Below, piece by piece: positions 26,391-41,627 of a stretch of DNA of 64,000 nt. Made by a program: the position numbers and the translations under genes. Positions within the stretch are counted from its first letter, which is position 1. Every line of letters starts with the position of its first letter. The notes under the pieces were generated by a model. That model did no database searches, was not told the DNA's origin, and saw nothing but the letters and a program-made list of their open reading frames with translations. The DNA is from Octopus bimaculoides (taxonomy: Eukaryota), in the NCBI RefSeq assembly GCF_001194135.2, contig NC_068987.1, positions 69,713,632 to 69,777,631 of the forward strand. Reading direction: 5' to 3'.

Positions 26391-29300
26391 CACTCCTCTC
26401 GTTTTCTTTCTCAAGCTCTTTCTATATCACAACTTATTCTGGTCTAACGTCTTACATTTTATCATCTAATTTTTTCTTTCATTGTAAAGTCTCTCACACA
26501 TATTCCGTTTTACAATCGCCTATAAGCTCATGCAGTTACATTTGCCATCGTTTTCTGACCTTCTTTCCTTCTGTGACACATATAAAACTCAACTATGTAT
26601 CACAAGCGCAAAGAACTTAACTTTTCTTAATTTCTATTTCTCTTTCTCACCTTTTCATATCCCCCCTCTCTCTCTCTCTCTGCCACTTGCTAATTCATGT
26701 TTGAGTCATGTTTTATTTACTGCTCTATGAAGCTTTTGACTCGTTATTTGAATCCGAAATACAAGAAGATGCCAAAGAAACTTGGAGAGAATGACATACA
26801 TCTAGAGAATAAAGACATAACTGATAGGAAAAAAAAATGTCTGTCAGGATGTTTGTTCAGTTGAGTAAAGCAATATGTAGACTGGTGTTTTTCGCTTATT
26901 GCAGCTGCCTCAACAACAAATAATAGATGATGATGGTGGTAGTGGTGGTGGCAGTGTTGGTGGTGGTTTTTGCGGTGGTAGTTGTGGAGGTTGTGGTTGG
27001 GGTCGTCGTAGTCGTGGTCATGGTGACGTCGGTGGTGGTGATCCGATGGTAATAGAGTTATCGTGTAACAATGATCGCAGAAGACCCCAAAATACGTATA
27101 TGGGAAAAAGGCAAAATCAAATGTATAAAGAGAAATATGAAATAAAAGACCGAAAAGAATGATGCAGACATGGAAGAATTGTTAATCTATTGGATCTCAT
27201 AAAAAAAAACTGTGATATATTGCTCAGAATTAGTCGTGGCTTCTAAATTTGCAAATATGTAATAGTAATTATCGTTGTGAACACCGGACACCGAATCACT
27301 ATTGTCAGATGAGTGTCAGGTCAGTACTTTTGAAGCTTACAAATATGAGAAAAATATCAGGCCTACACATTATATGTATGTATGTATGTATTTTTGTATG
27401 CATGCATATATGTAATTATGTATGTATGCATGTATGTATGTATGTATGTATATGTATGCATGTATGTATGTATGTATGCATGCATGCATGCATGTATGTA
27501 CTNNNNNNNNNNNNNNNNGAAGCTTACAAATATGAGAAAAATATCAGGCCTACACATTATATGTATGTATGTATGTATTTTTGTATGCATGCATATATGT
27601 AATTATGTATGTATGCATGTATGTATGTATGTATGTATATGTATGCATGTATGTATGTATGTATGCATGCATGCATGCATGTATGTACTGGGCTCAAATC
27701 TCATTTGCGGACCCATGAAAAACGAACCTCCACCAACTACTCTACCTATCTATTTGTGCATACCTGTCAATGTCATGTACGCCATGAGGTCTGCAAATCT
27801 AACGAAGGCCCCAAAAGTCATTTAGATTGGATACTAAAAATATGTATGATTTAATTAATAATTTATCATATCCATGAATTGTATAAAAGATATGCAAGCC
27901 TATGTATGTCCACAAAGAACCGAAGCTTACATGGAATATATCACCACTTCTCTTATATTTGTCATAACGTTAAAAATCTAAAGTTTATGTAGTTGAATTT
28001 CCAATTTCTTCAATATATACAGCTGCTTAAATACAATTCAGTTCAAGCGCATTGATACACAAGAACATTTTTTTTATATTAAGTAATTATTTTATTGTTT
28101 ATGATAAATATCGAATCACGCATCAAATAGTACTTCAGATTCTACAGTCTAATGAAAAACCAAGTAGATTGTATTATCTTAACCACGGTACATAAACATA
28201 TATGCAAGATTTCACTGGAAACTATTGTTTTACTGTAGTCATTTCAGCTAGATTCACTTTTTTAACGTGGTTTAACGTGATTAGCCTCTCGCATTCTTTT
28301 ATAAATAGTATATGTGCATCAGCTTACAAATTTCTCATTACATCAGATGAAAGCGTAATGTCTATGATAAAAAGCGTATTTTCCCACCACCTTCTAGTTG
28401 TGAATTTAGCAAACATAATTTTTTAAATTTTTAAGTCGAATGAAGATGATAGTCAATTAGTTGACAGCCTGTCAGACTTGTACAGGAAGTTCAAAAGTTT
28501 ATCGCCCAAATTTCTGGATGTTCGAGCTTAATTGCTTTTCGTGAGCTATATGATCATTTAGCTTGCTTTTGGGTAGAATGTCTACAATTTTCGTGCATTA
28601 TTTCATATATATTAGAAATCGAAGCCCATATTGACATACATGCACACAGTTATATATACACATGCATTCGCAAAAACATGCAAATTCATACATACAATAA
28701 TATGATGTGATATGCTAACATGAATGCACACGCATGCATACTTGTGCAGCTACATCCATACTTACATACATATGTACCTAGTTGACCTTCTCTAAGTTCT
28801 ATTAATGTGTCCTTTTTTTATTTTGGCTAAAAAAGAATTTTAATATTGTACGTGCCTTTCATTAAAATCGCTCGTAAATTTAATTTTTTCGATAATATGG
28901 AATTTCCACCCATCTCAAATTAACATATAATAAAATATATCAATGATAAAAATAAAAGATATTGAAAAATGCCGGCAATTATGTGATATAAGGTAAATGA
29001 GGTTAAAGCCGAGGCAATTACTGGTTAAACAATACAGAAATATAAGAGAAGTAACAGAATTTTTGAATTATCACTACAGTTTGCACGGTTGGAAGCTGGA
29101 AGAATTTGATTAGTTACTAATGAGAGTGTGAATTCATTTAGTTATTTAGTCAAGTTTTCTATACATGTTGCTAAAAGGAATACATATTTCTTCATCATTT
29201 CCTTGAACCCCGCGTTCTTTACTCAGAATTCCGTACCCATTTTGGTAATCAGCATGTCTGGTTTCATAGACAGAACTCATAAAATGATATAAAACCAACA

Positions 29301-30493
29301 TTTATTGTCACATTACGACAGCAGTAATTTGACACTGTAGTAAATTGGTTCATTAACAACAAGGAAATCGATATTTTTCCGTTCGAAGTCCTCAACCCAT
29401 CAACACGTAAGCAAATTGAGAATTGTAACAATATCTTGTGTGTTGCAGCAATGGACAATGGATAAATCCTTTAAGTAAACCTTTTGTAATCAACTTTTTA
29501 ATAACGTTGAAACTATACACACATATACAATAGGCTTTTCGTTGCAGCTGAGTTTTTATTGGTTCCTTTATGTAGATATTCTTTCTCTTCAATTCAAACA
29601 CTGCACCGCCTACATGCACTCATATTAGCATCCCCACCCCGCGCGCGCACACACACCATGCACACACTCGCACACTCACACACATTGGCACCTATTTATC
29701 TCTAACCATACGGAAGATACTATTTTCACCCTTACCAAATAGAATCTTTTGTGAAAAGGAGGTTTAATTACTCCAAACCGTTATTATATCAACGCTGGAT
29801 TCTATCATCTTTCTGACACTGCAGTCATGTGACTAAAGACTCGGCTATGAAAGTGTCACCGGCATGTCATCCATTTTAGGATTCATGATTTTCTAATGTT
29901 TATTTCCAATATTATCGGATCCACCACACAATATTATCGCCATCATCGCTGTGATTGCCATCGTAAATATCGTTCTACTTTCGTCGTGACAATTGTTATT
30001 GTGGCTTAAACTATTCCCCCTCTCATAATGTCTACGTCTCAGTATACACATTTCTCTACAGAAATATGTTAGAGAAATGGGAGTACGTATTCGCATATTA
30101 ATATAATCATAACGAAATAAAGCGTATAGATATTTGAAGTAATGAAAACACGAATACTGGCTGGCACTTCAAACAGAATTTAAATTTACACAAAAGCAGG
30201 TAATTACAGAAAATAGTAAAAACTAACAAACACTCAACTAAATGGAACCAATGAAATTTCCCAACATATCGGTACAAATTAAAGATGCCGTTTGTACGAA
30301 AACAAACTCTTTGGAAACATATCCAAATATTCTATCCAAATACCTAATCATGCATCTGTGGGTTGATGCAATACGCTTGCATATCTTGGGCTCAAGCCAA
30401 AGTGAATCAGATGGAAATAGCTGAGAAAACGGGCACAACTGTATATAATTTCCTATAATGACAAGAGAATCATTTAGAGAAAGAATCAACACA

Positions 30494-30700
30494 GTTGTTA
30501 TTATTTACTCCCAACTCTGATCAATCAGACCTACGATCAAAGGCATTCCTGTCTTAACTGTCCTTTTTTTTCTATTTTTGTTTTCGCAGACATGAATGTA
30601 GGACTCCTCCATATAATATTCCCTTTATCAGACTAAGCTTATAGTTTGATTTAATACAAATAATCTCTTCTTTGGATATTGTTGGTGATGACCCTTATGT
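30494..30700 (-). repeat. Old dispersed repeat family C
   Basis: gttgttatt...ctctgatcaatcagacctacgatcaaaggcattcc; a probable head fragment also lies at about 30835-30895. Confidence 0.55.
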
Positions 30701-31844
30701 TGTTCGCATTCGAGCTACATCTCCGGTCTGAGACTAATATCTACAGTTTCATGTATCTCTGAGCCACTGAAAAGGGATATGGTTCTGCATAAAATAACTT
30801 TAAGACATTACAGAAATTGTGATATATTGTGTATAAGGGATTTAGCAGTTATTTCTTATAATCAGGGTGACCAGGTAGAAGTTCCCTCGTCGGAAGATAT
30901 AAACCACTGTGTTTTTTTTCCCCAGGCTCTTTAAATCTAGTATACCCGAAAATAGGAATATCTCTCTTTCTTCGTTATAATCAATCACTCAAAGTCATAC
31001 AAAAGCAATTAGTTTTCTTATGTTTGGAACATTTGTTACAGAAAAGGAATAGTTCGACCTCATGTTGTTCAGTTATTTTAAAATTAAAGCTAAATACAGG
31101 TGTATATATATATATATNNNNNNNNNNNNNNNNNNNNNNNNNNNNNNNNNNNNNNNNNNNNNNNNNNNNNNNNNNNNNNNNNNNNNNNNNNNNNNNNNNN
31201 NNNNNNNNNNNNNNNNNNNNNNNNNNNNNNNNNNNNNNNNNNNNNNNNNNNNNNNNNNNNNNNNNNNNNATAATGACGTTATTAGTAAGAGAACTTCAGC
31301 AAAAAATATTGGTATTGTTTACATTCTGAGTCCAAATTACACTGGCTTCAGATTTACCTTTCGTCCTGTGGGATTTCATAAAATTAGGTGCTAACCAAAC
31401 ATTGCTGTTGAATTCACTGGCACTTACAACTCTAGAAATATTTGGAATTGGTTTATTGTATACAAAGTATTGCATTCATGATCTTTTAATTGATGCCATT
31501 ATTGAACTGGGTGATGTATTGTGTTCTTCATGAAAAACAGTTTCTTACAAGTCATTCCAGTAATCCCGCAACAGAGTGGCACCCCGTACAAGAAGTGGGA
31601 AGTGTATCCGACAGAATCGGGACAGACGGACGTATAAGCTTTCAACTCGGACCGGGTCATTCAACCATTTCTTGATACTACACACGAGTACACACGCTCA
31701 CACACACACTCACGCGCGCGCACACATACATATATATAGTTGAAAAGGGGTTAAGAGACCATGCAAATTAAACATTATAGTTTAAGTACATAAAGTTGGA
31801 AAAAGTACAGAAGTATATTTTAGAGAATGCTCAGTATTTTAGTT

Positions 31845-31917
31845 GCCTCCATAGCTCAGTGGTTAGAGCACTGCCCTTGAAAACCAAGGGTTGTGAGTTC
31901 GATCCTCACTGGGGTCT
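31845..31917 (+). tRNA. tRNA-Thr(TGT)-type pseudogene with mutated anticodon TGA
   Basis: 73 nt: GCCTCCA TA GCTC AGTGGTTA GAGC A CTGCC CT TGA AA ACCAA GGGTT GTGAG TTCGATC CTCAC TGGGGTC T. D and T stems perfect, A and B boxes intact. Anticodon stem pairs at only 2/5, the acceptor stem has a mismatch, and there is no T-run terminator immediately downstream. Confidence 0.8.
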
Positions 31918-32040
31918 TCGGTCTTCTGTGACATATTTTACAATGAGTGATTTAAAATATAACTGGTTTCGATGTCTCCGTCTTATCAAATACTATAAAG
32001 AATTGTTTTTGGAAGTCCGAGAGATAAAAAAAAAATGTGT

Positions 32041-32101
32041 TTTAACAGTTTGTACCCATATTTGAGTTCGAAAAACTCAAATATAGGTACAAACTGTTAA
32101 A
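32041..32101. repeat. 28-bp near-perfect inverted repeat with 5-nt loop
   Basis: tttaacagtttgtacccatatttgagtt-cgaaa-aactcaaatataggtacaaactgttaaa; 27/28 pairs. Confidence 0.9.
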
Positions 32102-34469
32102 TCTCACGCGCACACATATATACACCCAATAGCTATTAAATTTCTTTATCTAAAGCAACGAGACGATCTCTTGAGTATGGTATTGCCTCATTGGTAACAT
32201 GTGAAAATCTTTCTAAATATATTTGTGTACAATAGAAAACTAATGTGTTTATCATGTTATCAAATACAAGTGAAGATATATTCAAAGAGAAAAATATAGA
32301 GAGATGGAGAGAAAAAAAAAAGGAAAGGAAATGTTGTTTTAAGACGGCTGTCTCTTAATTGAACTAACGTACACCGCCACCCGTCTAAAAGGCTTTCATT
32401 AGCTTCCTACCCTAGTGTAACCAAATTTGTGCCCGATACTTTCAACATTCGCACGTGCGATAATTTCTTTTTAGCAAAATTTATTTCAGTGAAGTTGAAA
32501 TTTTTTCTAAAAAAATATTCCTGTTTTAGTTAAACATGCTGTTCAGTTCTATTTTATAATGCAAATCAAAACACAAAACCTTCTCCGACTCACGCAAAAT
32601 TTTCAGTCAGTCACCTTAGAATAAAGGTAATGTTTGCGTGTAAAGACGTTTTTCTTTTCTTTTCATTTAGGCAATCAATGGTTTGTTGAATGAGACAGCT
32701 GCTATATTGCACGGGTTTGCGATCTTGATGACAATTCGATATGAACTATAATGCTAAACTAGTCACAAATAATCGCTTGAAAAATCTATATAGTGGAATT
32801 GTGTATATTTTTATATGTTGCTGATATTTTTTGTTTTACTTTTCATTTTCTTGTTGTTTTACACCTTCTTTCTTCCGCTTGTTAATGGTATTCACGTTCT
32901 TTTCGGAGTTTATTTTCTTTCTGATGTTGTTATCAATATCATAAAGAAATAATACTATCATTTGTGTAATTAATATCGTATTTTTGCTTCTTTACCTGAT
33001 CCACGATTGCGGTAAATGAAATTTTCACGCGGCTTAATTCGTTTCATATCGGAGGTAAACATACCCACGCGCACACATATACATAGACTTCATATACATA
33101 CATATACATCTGGAAGCTTGCGTACACATAACGAATAAATTTATAAAATCATAAAGTGATTCTAGTTCCAAGCCTATATATTATATTTATCTTCGCGCAT
33201 CCAGTTATTAAGCAGAATAGTGAAAGGTATATTCTTTGGAGAAATGAAACGTGACATACTTTCTGTAGGGAGGATTAAATAGTAAATATTGAAATAAAAT
33301 ATAGTTTCATAGAAAAAATATATAGGAATAAGTATTCTTCATTATTCAAGTATTGAATATATGTGTGCCTTTATACACGTAAGTATCACATTGTATGACA
33401 ATTTATATATAACGATATGACTTTGTATTTCTATATCTCACAAACTGTACACTCATAAAAGTGTCAAATATAATTATACGTAACGTTTGAAACGCATTCT
33501 TACATAAACATAAACATACACATACATATGCACACAAACGTATATATGCACACACTTGATGCAAACAATAATTACACTAGCGTTTGATGTATACACTTAT
33601 ATAAATTAAATGATAACGCTACATTTTGGCTATCCTAAAAAGATCCAAGTTAAAACATTCCGTTACACAGATATTCATGTTCGGGAACTTGGACACTACT
33701 CAGGTGAGACTGATTGACGTAACGGATACCTTTCTAAATCAGAGCTTATGAGTGTATTTCGGAGAATGTGGAATATCAGAGAAATAAAAAGAAAAATTTA
33801 GTTATGAAATATTCTATGTTGAAAATATAAATCTATATAAGTATTTATTCTACATATAGTATTGGAGCATTGTCTTTTATCTTTAGTCTTACCAAGTACT
33901 GTGTATATAATAACACTACTATATAACAAACTATACACTCACACATAGGTGTGCTAGTGTATGTATATATGTGAGCATGTGAAGCAAAATATTTGCCATT
34001 CTGTACTCTTTTCGCTTTCTATGTGCGCAGAACGATATACATGAATACATATGTGCGTTTTATCATTGTGTTTTTTGTATTATGCGTGTTTGTGTGTATG
34101 AAAGAGAGAATGGGGAAGAGAAAGACAGGGAAGGAGAGAGAAAAAGAGGGGAGGAGAGAGAGAAAGAGGGGAAGAGAGAGAATAGAAGAAAGAGAGAAAG
34201 AGAGTATCGATATATTTATCGGCACAAGTGAACATATTAGATATATTTAACCATAGGCAGAATGATTTAGCAAGACAATAGAAGCGAAAATGATATACCT
34301 GGTCAATGTCGAGAGAAAAAGCAATAGATAAACGATTTTGCAATCAGTCTGTCTCTCTATCTATCTGTTTGTCGGCCCGTCTGTCTCTGTGCTCACACGC
34401 GTGCACACACACGCACAAACACACACAAGCACACACACACACACACAAGCACACATATACATATACACA

Positions 34470-34504
<35 letters not shown>

Positions 34505-34833
34505 NNNNNNNNNNNNNNNNNNNNNNNNNNNNNNNNNNNNNNNNNNNNNNNNNNNNNNNNNNNNNNNNNNNNNNNNNNNNNNNNNNNNNNNNNNNNNNNN
34601 NNNNNNNNNNNNNNTATATATATATATATATATATGTATGTTCGTTATTCATACGGAGGAATATCATGAAGCAATGTCGGAAAGTGGAAGAAACTGAAAA
34701 TTATATACGAAAGCCCGAGTGAATTTTGTGTAAATGGCAGAATTGAAGGAATTAGATGTTTATGTGTATCCATTAGTAATATCATAAGACATATTTGGAA
34801 GCTATCTTTGTTTCTCTTTTATCCATCATCATC

Positions 34834-34864
<31 letters not shown>

Positions 34865-35490
34865 GCATCATTATAATCATCATCCTCTTCATCATCAACA
34901 TCACCATTACAGTCTTCTTCTTCCACCCTCTTTCATTTTGTTTGAGGCGTCTCCATGTGACACCAGACTGCAGATCGATTTAGTGTTCCAATCTAACTAT
35001 TATGGCAGTGCCAACAACACCAGTTATTGATTTGAAAGCTTGTATATTCTGATTTGAATAACTATATTACATTCCCTTACTATTCTCAGTGCCATTTTTT
35101 TCTTCTTTGGAAGCCCACCTCTGAAACAGCGGAGGGGATTTCATTCAGTTCTGCAAACGACGTCGATGGCACGCTGCTAAATAATCGGGCATAATTCCTT
35201 ATTGAGGCATTGTTCGCTAATATTTGAAACGTCTGACGTATAATGTTTGCTGCACACACATGTGAAATGGTAATACATACGTATTCATGGATAGAAATTC
35301 ATGCACTTATCGGCATGTAGAGACTGACGTACATACGTAGAAAGAAATAAAGAATATCCGCATACGAAACATCGTGAAGTATTTCGAATGATATAAACCT
35401 ATATGTATTCATAGATACCCGCAACGCAAATATACAAATGCAAACTTACACACACAAGCACAAACACACACACACACATGCGCGCGCACG

Positions 35491-35526
<36 letters not shown>

Positions 35527-37749
35527 TTTTACTTAACATCAATCGTATTGTGAAGATGTTGCTGAAGATCATAAATTCGGTAGAGAATATATACTTGATT
35601 TGACCAAGACTGCTATTTCACATCTAATTCTTTTCTCCAGCCCAGAAAAATGGAAAGCAAGGCTGACCCCAGAGTATGAGCACTACATTATAACCATTTG
35701 AAAAATAAGAACCTAAAAACATATCTATATATATATATGGATTCGAATTAAATTATCCATACACACCATAACATAGACCTAAAGGCAACAGAGGAACGTG
35801 TAACCAAAAATTCAATCATTTCCAGTAGCATGAGCTTAGAAAATGGAAGGAAACATTGGTTGACACTAAAATACTGAATGATAGCGACTGCAACGTTTTT
35901 TATCATAATTCTGCTTGATTACGACTTACCTGGTTACTGAATGATATCTACAACCAATTTTCTTAACTCCACTCCCATACAAATTGTGTACTTTCCCCTG
36001 TTGATACTACCTCTAATACATGGTCCACAACCGTTTGTGGACATGAGCCTCATTATTACCAGTATCATTACTTTCCGCTCATAAACATTCTTTGTCACCC
36101 CAAGCACAAATACAGTCCATCATCAAGACTGTTATCATCATTACTATGGGAAACAACTTCTAAATTTACCGGCCTTACTACCAATAATCACCGCAAACTA
36201 TTCATAAACACCACTAGCAGCAGCATTACGGAGAGCCATTAATTCCATTGTGACCACCTTCTACCTCTATCGCAGCTTCTTTGCTTCTTTCATTGTTATT
36301 ACACACATAAACTAAAAGCATGTTATCCCATGTTTTCCAGAGTAGAAATTACTTGTCTGTATAATTAAAAAAAAAATATTTCAACACACAAAAATTAATT
36401 AAAAGAAATCAGTCAGGAAAAATAAAACTCAAGCAAATAAAAATAAATAACAAGATTATCAATACTATAATTAATGTTTTGGCACCAATCCCCTGGGTTC
36501 AAAACATCTCTGCAATTTTGTTTGCTAAATTAACTCCCAAATTCCGAATGTGTTAAAATATCTGATGTGTTAAAATTATTTTAGACTACACTCAGTATTT
36601 GAGTATTCATGAATATTTGCAAATTATAATATGGAGGATTTTGTCATTTCAATATAGATGAAATTTTTTTCTGTATTTGTTCAGGTATTAAAAAAAATAT
36701 AAAAATAGTTTGGTAGTAATCATCTTTATCATTTATATGATTTTTATTTCTTGTGTTCATCTCAGACTTTCATCCATATTTCTTCCTTATGCGGATGATG
36801 TATTCATAGCAAAGTCGTGTAGAACTTGATAAGTTATTCTTCTAATTTTGCCATAAAATTATTGTAGATTATTGATCGTATTTGATCTGCAGGGTAAATT
36901 TCAGAATGTTCTACGTCTTTTGGTCTAACATTTCGATACTCATGTATGCGTCATATTTTAAAGCAAACAAGAAGTCTCTAGTTGTCAATTTCAAATTTCC
37001 ATATTTCTTTTACCACAAGAGTATGATACCAGAAAATTTTGTATCAAATACATGTAGATCTTTGCAGTCCAGTAATTTTACCAGGAAAGGTTTGACCAAA
37101 CCTTGAGTGATAATAGACAATGAATTTATGAAAACTGATCTACACTCAGGCAACTTATAAACTACCTCTATTATACAGTACTTCAATAATACGCAGCTGG
37201 TTTTATTCTATGATTTAAATTTTGCTTTTGTTTTATTTTGTTTTTAATAAGTAGCGCAGTAGTAAGATACAAAACACCGATCAAATGTCACGTTGGCACC
37301 TTTGCATTGTAACTTCAAGCATATCAACAACTTAAAAATAGAACATCAAGCATTACTATCCCATAGATAAAGTAGAAACTTCGTTTTGATATAGGCTTCC
37401 CTCCGTTACGTATGGCAACTTTTGGATGCGTATCAATAATAATCTTGTAGAGTGTTCGGTGCGTTCATATCACCGTCATGCTTTTTTTTTCCGAGTGATA
37501 ACCAATAACAACGTTTTCCGTTTTCCAAGCTTCTCTTCATATGACAATAACAGCCTTATTGAGGAAATTCTAGTTTAACATAGATGTTCTGTATGATACG
37601 ATTACCAAAAAACTGAATGCATTAAGAGGTGACAGGTTCGTCCTAAATCGTACGTAGAATTAGAAAGGAAAGAAAAATGTTTGCTTCATTGGTGATCGAT
37701 TTCTAATACTGAATGATAAAACGACAGAATGAAAGTGGGGATCCATGTA

Positions 37750-38225
<476 letters not shown>

Positions 38226-38520
38226 CACATAGAAAGGAAGAGAAAGACAAAGAGAGTGATTGAGAAATAAAGAAAGTGAAACGAGATTTCTGAATATAGC
38301 ATGGCACTGTATAACATCATAGTTCATGAATCCCAGCGTACACAATTGGATACACACACATATATTCATACCAGTTTACTAATATGTCCACACGGATCTA
38401 AGCACATACATTCGTATGAACGTACAAATACATACAAATATTATTTATACGTTGAAAGAAATATAAATATGTAAACACAAATGTAAGCGCTCACACATGA
38501 ACACACACCAGCACATACAA

Positions 38521-38552
<32 letters not shown>

Positions 38553-39101
38553 ACGCACGCACATACATCCATAAAATACACATTACACGTATAGATATTA
38601 TTTCCCAATGAGTTCCCACGTTTCTTTTTATGATAATATTCTACCTAAACAAAGGCCTAATGCTTGAATTAATGTGATACATTTGGGGACCATTTTAGCT
38701 GTATCCACCAACCGGAACCGGACAAGAGAGACAAGTAAAATCTCTACTGTAAATTGTGACTGAACCTATATTCTTTGCACTTCACTCTTATTAAATATTC
38801 AGTGCTGACATTAAAGACTGGATAGTGGAGGTCTGGATCACGCCTCCACTAGGGCACATCAAATCAATGATTCATTCGGACACGCTGGTAATGCTGAAGT
38901 ATTTGTGAAGCAGTTTAGCAAACGAAATTGTTGAGATTTTTAAACCCAGGGGATTGGTAGCCAAACATTAATTATAGAATTGGTAACGATGATTTCGATA
39001 GGAAAAGAATAACAACAATATTATAAACCGATAGAATTGACGAAGCCAGTGTTATGAAGCGAGAACTATGGTTTTGAGAACTTCTAACGCAAATATACAT
39101 G

Positions 39102-39151
<50 letters not shown>

Positions 39152-39889
39152 TTAGTCTGTGTGTCTGTGTGTCTGTGTGTCTGTGTATATGTGTGCATAT
39201 ATGTGTGTATATACGTGTGTGTGTGTATAAATATATATGAATATATGTATAGGTAGATAGATAGCTATAATAATACGCATATATACATAAATTCATATAT
39301 ATATATATACATACATATATACATATGTATATGCATGCATGTATGCATACACTATTGGAAATGCATAGCTTGATAGCTAGGTAAGCGTACATGTTATATA
39401 TATTGGTGAAAATATATATCTACATATCAATATATGATGTACATATATAGGCACGAACATTGTAATTTAAAATTTGTCTTTGTATGAAGTAAATAACAGA
39501 TTTTGTATGTGTGAGATGAGAATTATTCCTCACATCCAAAAGAAGAGTAAAAGCTTTGTAAGCGGCGAAGTTTCTGAAATTTTATATATTTTGTATAAAG
39601 ACTGTTGCTATAAATAAAATGTTCGTATCGATGTAAAAGCGTGACAAGTTTAGTAAGCTATCAATCTCAAATATCATTCTGGATTGTTTACATCTTAGAA
39701 AAATAAGATTAAAAGCTCTCATGTTAGTTTGTCCGGTTCTGAGTGTGGTGGTAGCTATAGAGAAAATAATCCTCATTGTACTGATTTGGCCCAAAAACTA
39801 ATAATTGAGTGAAGGCCATTGAAATGTCTAAACTGCCAGTTGATGGTATTAAGCTTGCTGACGTGCTTTTGTCCGAGAAAAGAAACGGA

Positions 39890-40025
39890 CTTTCCGATGT
39901 TTTTTTCCGTGGTTTCCATATACAAAATTTCACTCACAACGCTTTGGTCAGCACGAGGTGTCCGAAGTGTCACCCTGTGGGATAGAACACGAAATTTAGT
40001 TAGTGCAGTACATAACCATGGCAAC
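39890..40025 (-). mobile_element. Degenerate remnant of another octopus-type tRNA SINE (family D)
   Basis: Minus strand cctcgtgctgaccaaagcgttgtgagtgaaattttgtatatggaaac resembles a common Octopus SINE core as I recall it. No second copy seen in the window, so not verifiable here. Confidence 0.45.
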
Positions 40026-41627
40026 GAGTTTTAAAACAATCCATGAATCTTGTGGTCTCCTGAAGAAGGATCAGACCCACTTATAGCTATTGAAGATTTA
40101 ACTACAATAGGTGGCAATATTTTTAATAGTCTATGTTTTGTCTTATGAAATGAACCTGATTAATAAATTGTTGAGCTACATAAAATCTATTTATATAACA
40201 ACCCTCGTATTTCAAATATTCAATCCTACTTCTCCAGCGCCTGAAAAAGAGAAGCATCTAATCTTCGTGCAAAGGTTTTAATATGCAGGGGATATGTATC
40301 GATGATTGAATTGGATTCTATACTCTGGAGATGTATATTACTGATAAGATTGAATTCTATATACCGTATTTTATAAAACTCAGACCAAAGTTCTAAGCTG
40401 GATTCCAAATATTTGAAATTAATGTTCATGAGAATGAAATTAAACACTCTAAAGCATTTCATCAGTCTACTTTTTCTATCGAAAGTTAATTATACTGTAA
40501 ATTATACGGATATTTCCAAGTTGTTCATCGAACAGAGTTGACTGAGGGAACATTCACGCAGATACTAGCTTGTTAGAAAATGTAGTCAAATCACACTGAA
40601 ATGATACCTTAAAGTCTTAAATTAAGGAAATTTTAGATTATGCAGTTGAAAGAAAAGGATGTGAAACAGTCATGTTTGAAAGTCTATAATCATATGACTT
40701 ATTATTCAGAGTTCACAAAGAAGTGAGCAGTTATGGCAACACCGAAAACATCAACTTCCGTTTGTATAAATACATTTACTTGCAATTTCAAACAACTTTG
40801 GAGAACCAAAAATTGATCTTCTCCATAAAACAGCTTCAAACAGTTTCAGGGACGTTAAAATAATAAAAACGTTCTTTTTTTTAAAAAAATGGATTTCCTT
40901 TCTGTGATGCAGCTAATGTATTCCACACAATGACTTGACAGGTTCTCTAGATGCACTTTTTGACATTGTAACCATCCACAAAAACATTATAAAACACAAG
41001 GCGGTTGTATTAACACCGATACTATTTCTAAAATATTTGAAATTACAATATTTAACAAGCGTAATTACAGCTTCACACATTCTATTTCCCACCAATAAAT
41101 ACAGATCTGAAACAAATCTAGAAGGTAATCATTTTATGTTTTCATTATTTTTCAACACCTCCTAGATTGGTGGAAAGAAAGGAGAATGGCTTGAATGCTT
41201 TCAACGGAGTAGACACTTTTAAATCGAACCAATGGTCAAGTGATGTGCCTTTAAATCGGGTAATAGATCGATCTCATCTCCCAAAAGCTAGATCACTCTC
41301 ACCAACAGACTTCATCACAGTTCCTTCCACCCAGCTTTTTGATCACCCATGGTTACTGGAATCCTAACCCCAATATATATAGTTGGCAAGAGAACTCTTC
41401 AGATAAGATTGAGATGCTATTCAACTGAAATCGATGATAAAATGTACCATAATTTCATTTCTAGTATTAGATTAGGTTTTTAGATGCAGTTGATTGTCCA
41501 AATCTTGAAGATTATATTCTAGCTACAATGGATTCGTTTGTATACATTAAGCCAAAGCTGAATTTTACACTAAGTATCATCGAAAGAATTCACCACTTGC
41601 GTAATTCAACAATTACACTAAACAATA

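Noticed and set aside
27332-27689. Exact 171-bp tandem duplication (27332-27502 and 27519-27689)
   Set aside because: The identical copies flank a 16-N gap, which is typical of unmerged overlapping contig ends, so it is most likely an assembly artefact.
28481-28510. tacaggaagttcaaaagtttatcgccc, resembling a mariner TIR
   Set aside because: No partner TIR or transposase sequence was found nearby.
31560-31670. Segment vaguely like a V-domain SINE motif
   Set aside because: The similarity is from memory only, low, and single-copy in the window.
33671-33703. Plus-strand mini-exon candidates here, at about 11010-11066 and at about 48064-48105
   Set aside because: Acceptors are mediocre, there is no homology, and they do not form a consistent gene model; such hits are common by chance.
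36780-36830. LPYADDVFIAK, resembling an RT YADD motif
   Set aside because: Stops follow immediately and there are no other RT motifs nearby; compatible with chance.
38823-38851. 9-bp GC-rich hairpin ending at ctag (Helitron-like 3' end?)
   Set aside because: The CTAG overlaps the stem instead of lying about 10-12 nt downstream, and there is no other Helitron evidence.
39951-40025. Apparent 37-nt minus-strand exon with branch point, and an RFX-like ccatggcaac site
   Set aside because: Both fall within a probable degenerate SINE, and the X-box is only a half match.
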